From a virus (taxonomy: Duplodnaviria; Caudoviricetes): 29,466 nt of DNA. The DNA lies in IMG/VR virus record IMGVR_UViG_3300049009_000310, positions 1-29,466 of that record. One strand, given 5' to 3'. This document shows, in pieces, positions 26,542-29,466 of this stretch. Positions within the stretch are counted from its first letter, which is position 1. Each line of letters opens with the position of its first letter. Under the pieces are notes generated by a model. It ran no database searches. It was given only the letters and a program-made list of their open reading frames with translations, and was not told the DNA's origin. A program made the position numbers and the translations under genes.

Positions 26542-26647
26542 TGTCCTTCCCCTTGTGTGTGAGAGCGTTGAGCGCGGCCGCGCCAAGGACGGCGGCGGGC
26601 ATGACGATCGTGATAAGGATTGCGATGTATTCGGGTTCGATTGTCAC
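26531..26647 (-). CDS. 38-aa single-TM protein MTIEPEYIAILITIVMPAAVLGAAALNALTHKGKDNDR
   Basis: GTGA overlap with the upstream stop, fills the gap; not in the ORF track. Confidence 0.6.
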   Translation of the reverse strand: MTIEPEYIAILITIVMPAAVLGAAALNALTHKGKDNDR

Positions 26648-26919
26648 GGCTTGCCCCGCTTTGACGCAATCTTGAGCGCCGCTTCCAGGGTGCTTATCTG
26701 GCCGTTTAGCTGCGCAATCTCGCGCTCGCAGTATTGCAGCCGGTCAGCGTCGTCCTTCGCAGCCTTGTAGTCCTCCGGGCTAACCGCGTCCGGGTCATAG
26801 GCGTCGAGCGCCGCCTCGACCTCGCCGAGGATCGTCGCGGGCACGTCGCCGCGCAAAATAGCAATTTTGTATCCCGCAAAATAAACGTCGGCGCCCATGC
26901 GGTGGAATGTGTTTGACAT
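26644..26919 (-). CDS. Early hypothetical protein with a C-terminal coiled coil
   Basis: MSNTFHR..., GGAGG RBS. Confidence 0.7.
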   Translation of the reverse strand: MSNTFHRMGADVYFAGYKIAILRGDVPATILGEVEAALDAYDPDAVSPEDYKAAKDDADRLQYCEREIAQLNGQISTLEAALKIASKRGKP

Positions 26920-26921
26920 GT

Positions 26922-27212
26922 TCAGTCCTCCCTTGCTTCGTCGCCAATCGCCATGCACAGGTCGACGTTGCTATAGACTGACGCGCAAATTGCCTTGAAT
27001 GTGTCTGCGTTTGTGTTGGCGTCAAAGTAAATGATTTTGTTCTCGTCTTCCGGGTCATCTGAACAAGCGCCCCAAATATACCAGTCGCCGGAATTTTCGC
27101 CTTCCGGCTCAATTGAAAGTTCGCCGGAGAAGGTCGCGCCCTTGTCGAGCGCAAGGTTGTCAATGGTGTAGCTGATTGCCGCGTATCGCGGCGCCTGAAA
27201 ATGTCGGCTCAT
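26922..27212 (-). CDS. Acidic early hypothetical protein
   Basis: 96 aa, about 19 D/E versus 6 K/R; GGAGG RBS. Confidence 0.7.
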   Translation of the reverse strand: MSRHFQAPRYAAISYTIDNLALDKGATFSGELSIEPEGENSGDWYIWGACSDDPEDENKIIYFDANTNADTFKAICASVYSNVDLCMAIGDEARED

Positions 27213-27322
27213 GACTGTCCCTCCGGTTTATTGATCTGCGCCCGTTCAGCGGCGGCGTATGCGGCGCGGGCGTCGGCGTATGCGGCGCGGGCGTCGGTGT
27301 CAGTGATTTTGATCGGTTTCAT
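27209..27322 (-). CDS. 37-aa repeat peptide MKPIKITDTDARAAYADARAAYAAAERAQINKPEGQS
   Basis: GGAG RBS; ATGA overlap downstream; not in the ORF track. Confidence 0.55.
   Translation of the reverse strand: MKPIKITDTDARAAYADARAAYAAAERAQINKPEGQS
27253..27297. repeat. 21-bp tandem repeat x2
   Basis: CGGCGTATGCGGCGCGGGCGT at 27253-27273 and 27274-27294. Confidence 0.9.
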
Positions 27323-27326
27323 AGCG

Positions 27327-27410
27327 TTACACTCCCAAAAGGTGGGCGAGGGTCAATATGATGCCGACAAGCACGGCGGCGGCGGCAAAGTCGAACAAAT
27401 CGCGTATCAT
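27327..27410 (-). CDS. 27-aa single-TM peptide MIRDLFDFAAAAVLVGIILTLAHLLGV
   Basis: TGATG overlap with the upstream stop; hydrophobic; not in the ORF track. Confidence 0.55.
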   Translation of the reverse strand: MIRDLFDFAAAAVLVGIILTLAHLLGV

Positions 27411-27706
27411 CACCATACCCCCAGCGTTTCAAGTGCAAGGCGGTCGCTGTCTAACCCGCGCAGCTGTGGGTTAGCCTCCGCCCACGCCTCAACCTCGCGG
27501 TATATCGCGCGCTGTTCGTCCGACATGAACATGATCCCGACAACGCTCGCCTTGTATGGGTTAAAGTTGATAATCATCCCCTGGTACGCGGCATAGGCGA
27601 GCGTGTTCGAGCGCGGCGGCTTGGCCTTCAATTTGACGTGTCCGGCCTTCTCTATGATACAGGCGCGAACAGCGGCGGCGGCGGTTTCAGTTAATGGCTT
27701 TTGCAT
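27410..27706 (-). CDS. Early hypothetical protein
   Basis: 98 aa, GAAAGG RBS. Confidence 0.75.
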   Translation of the reverse strand: MQKPLTETAAAAVRACIIEKAGHVKLKAKPPRSNTLAYAAYQGMIINFNPYKASVVGIMFMSDEQRAIYREVEAWAEANPQLRGLDSDRLALETLGVW

Positions 27707-27744
27707 TGTGTTGGCCTTTCGTTTAGTGGATTGGACTGTACGGG

Positions 27745-27785
27745 ATTATATTACGCTGTGCGGGCGGGCGCCGTCAAGCGCCCGC
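27745..27785 (-). promoter_or_regulatory. Putative sigma70 promoter with its -35 in an inverted-repeat loop
   Basis: On the - strand: GCGGGCGC-TTGACG-GCGCCCGC, then TAATAT (18-bp spacer) or TATAAT (21-bp spacer). Confidence 0.55.
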
Positions 27786-27795
27786 GCGGGATTGA

Positions 27796-28437
27796 TTATT
27801 CGGCCGTTGCGACGCTTGCCCATGCTGGCGCGCGCGTCAGGAATTCGCGCTTAATGCGCAGCGGCATAAGCACGCCGAACGCCTGGACGGCGCCCGTGTC
27901 ACCCAAATCCACAATCGCCGGGTTATCGCCGTTATGCGCGACGCGCGGTTGTGCGTCAGTCTTGCCACCCGACAAAATTGCCATGGCGTCGCGAAAAGCG
28001 TCAAAATATTGCGCCTGGAATTGCGCAGCAACGCCGGACGGTTCGCTTTGCGGGATCACGCGGCGCCAGTCGGGAAAAGTTCCCTCGACGGCGGCGGCGG
28101 CGACGGTCCCGCCAGCGTAGTCAATCGCAACCTTGCGCGCGCCGTCGTCACCCACGCTTAGCGTGACGGTCGCAACGTCGCTCGCTTTGCGCACAATCTT
28201 AACGCGCTTGAGCAGGTCGAGCGGCACGATCACGGGCTCAAACGTCTCCGGTACGCCGCTCTGCCAGTCATGCCGCGCGGCGATGAGGCGGTGGCCGTCA
28301 GTCGCGACAAACACGGGGCCTGTCGGCGTATGTTGTATGCAAACGCCGTTTAGATAATAACGGGTCTGTTCGGTCCCGGCGGCAATCGCGGTCGCTTTTA
28401 GCGCGAGAATATTGATGTCAAATGTGATGTTATGCAT
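27796..28437 (-). CDS. Truncated DNA polymerase III beta (DnaN) sliding-clamp homologue
   Basis: TRYYLNGV, VATDGHRL, GTFPDWRRVIP, FQAQYF, VLMPLR; only 213 aa; AAGGAG RBS. Confidence 0.88.
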   Translation of the reverse strand: MHNITFDINILALKATAIAAGTEQTRYYLNGVCIQHTPTGPVFVATDGHRLIAARHDWQSGVPETFEPVIVPLDLLKRVKIVRKASDVATVTLSVGDDGARKVAIDYAGGTVAAAAVEGTFPDWRRVIPQSEPSGVAAQFQAQYFDAFRDAMAILSGGKTDAQPRVAHNGDNPAIVDLGDTGAVQAFGVLMPLRIKREFLTRAPAWASVATAE

Positions 28438-28469
28438 GTGCTTTGCTCCTTGTTAGCCGCCGGTGTTGG

Positions 28470-28507
28470 CGTCTAGTGAGCGCGCCCGTGGGCGCGCCTG
28501 CTAGGCG
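28470..28507 (-). other. Intergenic long hairpin (no U-tract)
   Basis: CGCCTAG-CAG-GCGCGCCC-AC-GGGCGCGC-TCA-CTAGACG on the - strand. Confidence 0.55.
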
Positions 28508-29254
28508 TCAAGCCGCGCGCTTGCGCTGTGGTCCGTGGTCTGGGATTGCAATGCTCTTGCCGGCAACGCTGGCGCCGCCGCACAATTTACATTGCGAGCA
28601 GGTCACGCGGCGCCCGGCTTCCTTAGACGCAGGGCACAAGATTTCCGCGCCTTTGACAATGTCTGTGACGCTCTTGACTACGCGAAATGTGCGCCGCCCG
28701 GCCGCCCATGCGGCGCGCGCTTGCGCTTCGTTGTCCGCGCTTTGCATCATGTAGTCAGGGCGGAACGCCGCGCCGATCGCCGCCGCCTGGTGACTGTAGG
28801 CCGTATGTCCTGCGGCCGCGCTTATCAAACTTTCCCAAACGTAAGACGGGACAGCGGCCGGATCGCCATATGTGCCAAGCCTGACCAGCTTGCCAGCTCC
28901 GAGCGCCGCGATTGCGGCATGGCCAGCGATTTCGGGATAAACGCCGCGCAGCATGGCGCGGTACGCGATGAGCGGCCCTTGGCCAAGCAACACGTAACAG
29001 GACCGGTTTTTAGCTTGCTTTGCGTTTGCGTCGCTTGTCGCAACGCCGCGATGAGGGCATGCGCCGCATATGCTTACGTCCGCGCCACTCTTGCTTGCGT
29101 CGCGCGGATCGATATCGGCGCGCAATATGTAAGTCTGAACCATACGTCCAGTTTTTGTATTGCGCGCGCTATCAATTGCGATGACGACGATCGGCGCGCC
29201 GTCGATAAGCGACGGGCCCGTGTAGATAATTGCTGATTTTAGTGCGTTTGGCAT
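28508..29254 (-). CDS. Cys-rich putative Fe-S / radical-SAM-like phage protein (DUF7227/gp88-like)
   Basis: NTKTG, ICGACPHR...SCYV, VRLGTYGDP, TAYSH, CPAS...TCSQCKLC, HG; ATG at 29254 after CAGGAG. Confidence 0.65.
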   Translation of the reverse strand: MPNALKSAIIYTGPSLIDGAPIVVIAIDSARNTKTGRMVQTYILRADIDPRDASKSGADVSICGACPHRGVATSDANAKQAKNRSCYVLLGQGPLIAYRAMLRGVYPEIAGHAAIAALGAGKLVRLGTYGDPAAVPSYVWESLISAAAGHTAYSHQAAAIGAAFRPDYMMQSADNEAQARAAWAAGRRTFRVVKSVTDIVKGAEILCPASKEAGRRVTCSQCKLCGGASVAGKSIAIPDHGPQRKRAA

Positions 29255-29277
29255 TTTGCGTGTTCTCCTGTTGCGAT

Positions 29278-29326
29278 AACGTACCATTTCACGCCTCAAA
29301 TCCACTGTAAAGCACTTTTTTACAGT
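29278..29326 (-). promoter_or_regulatory. Putative early promoter with a palindromic operator
   Basis: Extended -10 TGGTACGTT; palindrome ACTGTAAA-N7-TTTACAGT at 29304-29326. Confidence 0.5.
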
Positions 29327-29327
29327 T

Positions 29328-29466
29328 ATGGTCAGAATTGGCTAAAAATGGTCGCGAATGGTCACGTAAAAGAGGCGTTCTGACCATGCCAGAATGCGTG
29401 CGCAATCAATGAGATGGGGCAGGTTATGTATCATATGGTCACATTTTATATATATAGTAGATTATC
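29328..29466. repeat. ATGGTC(A) direct and inverted repeats plus AT-rich tract (putative replication origin)
   Basis: ATGGTC at 29328, 29348, 29358, 29435; inverted TGACCAT at 29381; TTTTATATATATAG follows. Confidence 0.6.

Overview
This window is most of the genome of a GC-rich, P22-like short-tailed dsDNA phage. The host is probably an alphaproteobacterium, judged from the ETRYYLNG-type clamp, the DnaA-IV protein and the spanin family. 1-13.6 kb (+): scaffold (5'-truncated), P22-gp5-type capsid, cement, adaptor, tailspike, gp10-type nozzle, needle-like protein, tail fibre, cupin-like protein and three ejection proteins. 13.6-15.4 kb (+): six-gene lysis cassette plus an unknown gene. 15.4-17.5 kb (-): VRR-NUC and SNF2 helicase. 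17.5-24.6 kb (+): alpha-CTD-like protein, Cas4-like exonuclease, SSB-like protein, NUMOD4-HNH, family A DNA polymerase and primase-helicase. 24.7-29.3 kb (-): early genes, followed by a repeat- and AT-rich putative origin. Terminase, portal and integrase are not in the window. The most interesting signals are: (i) a minimal beta-clamp that keeps the clamp-binding-motif pocket but not the parts needed for the normal ring, found together with stand-alone DnaA domain IV and RNAP alpha-CTD-like domains, possibly a set of host-machinery decoys; (ii) a radical-SAM-like Fe-S protein as the first early gene; (iii) a 26-codon stub made of the two ends of a DNA cytosine methyltransferase, which carries the helicase RBS; (iv) an unannotated 25-aa micro-lipoprotein inside the lysis cassette; (v) a shared 19-bp leader motif. 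All family calls come from motif recognition by eye, not database searches.
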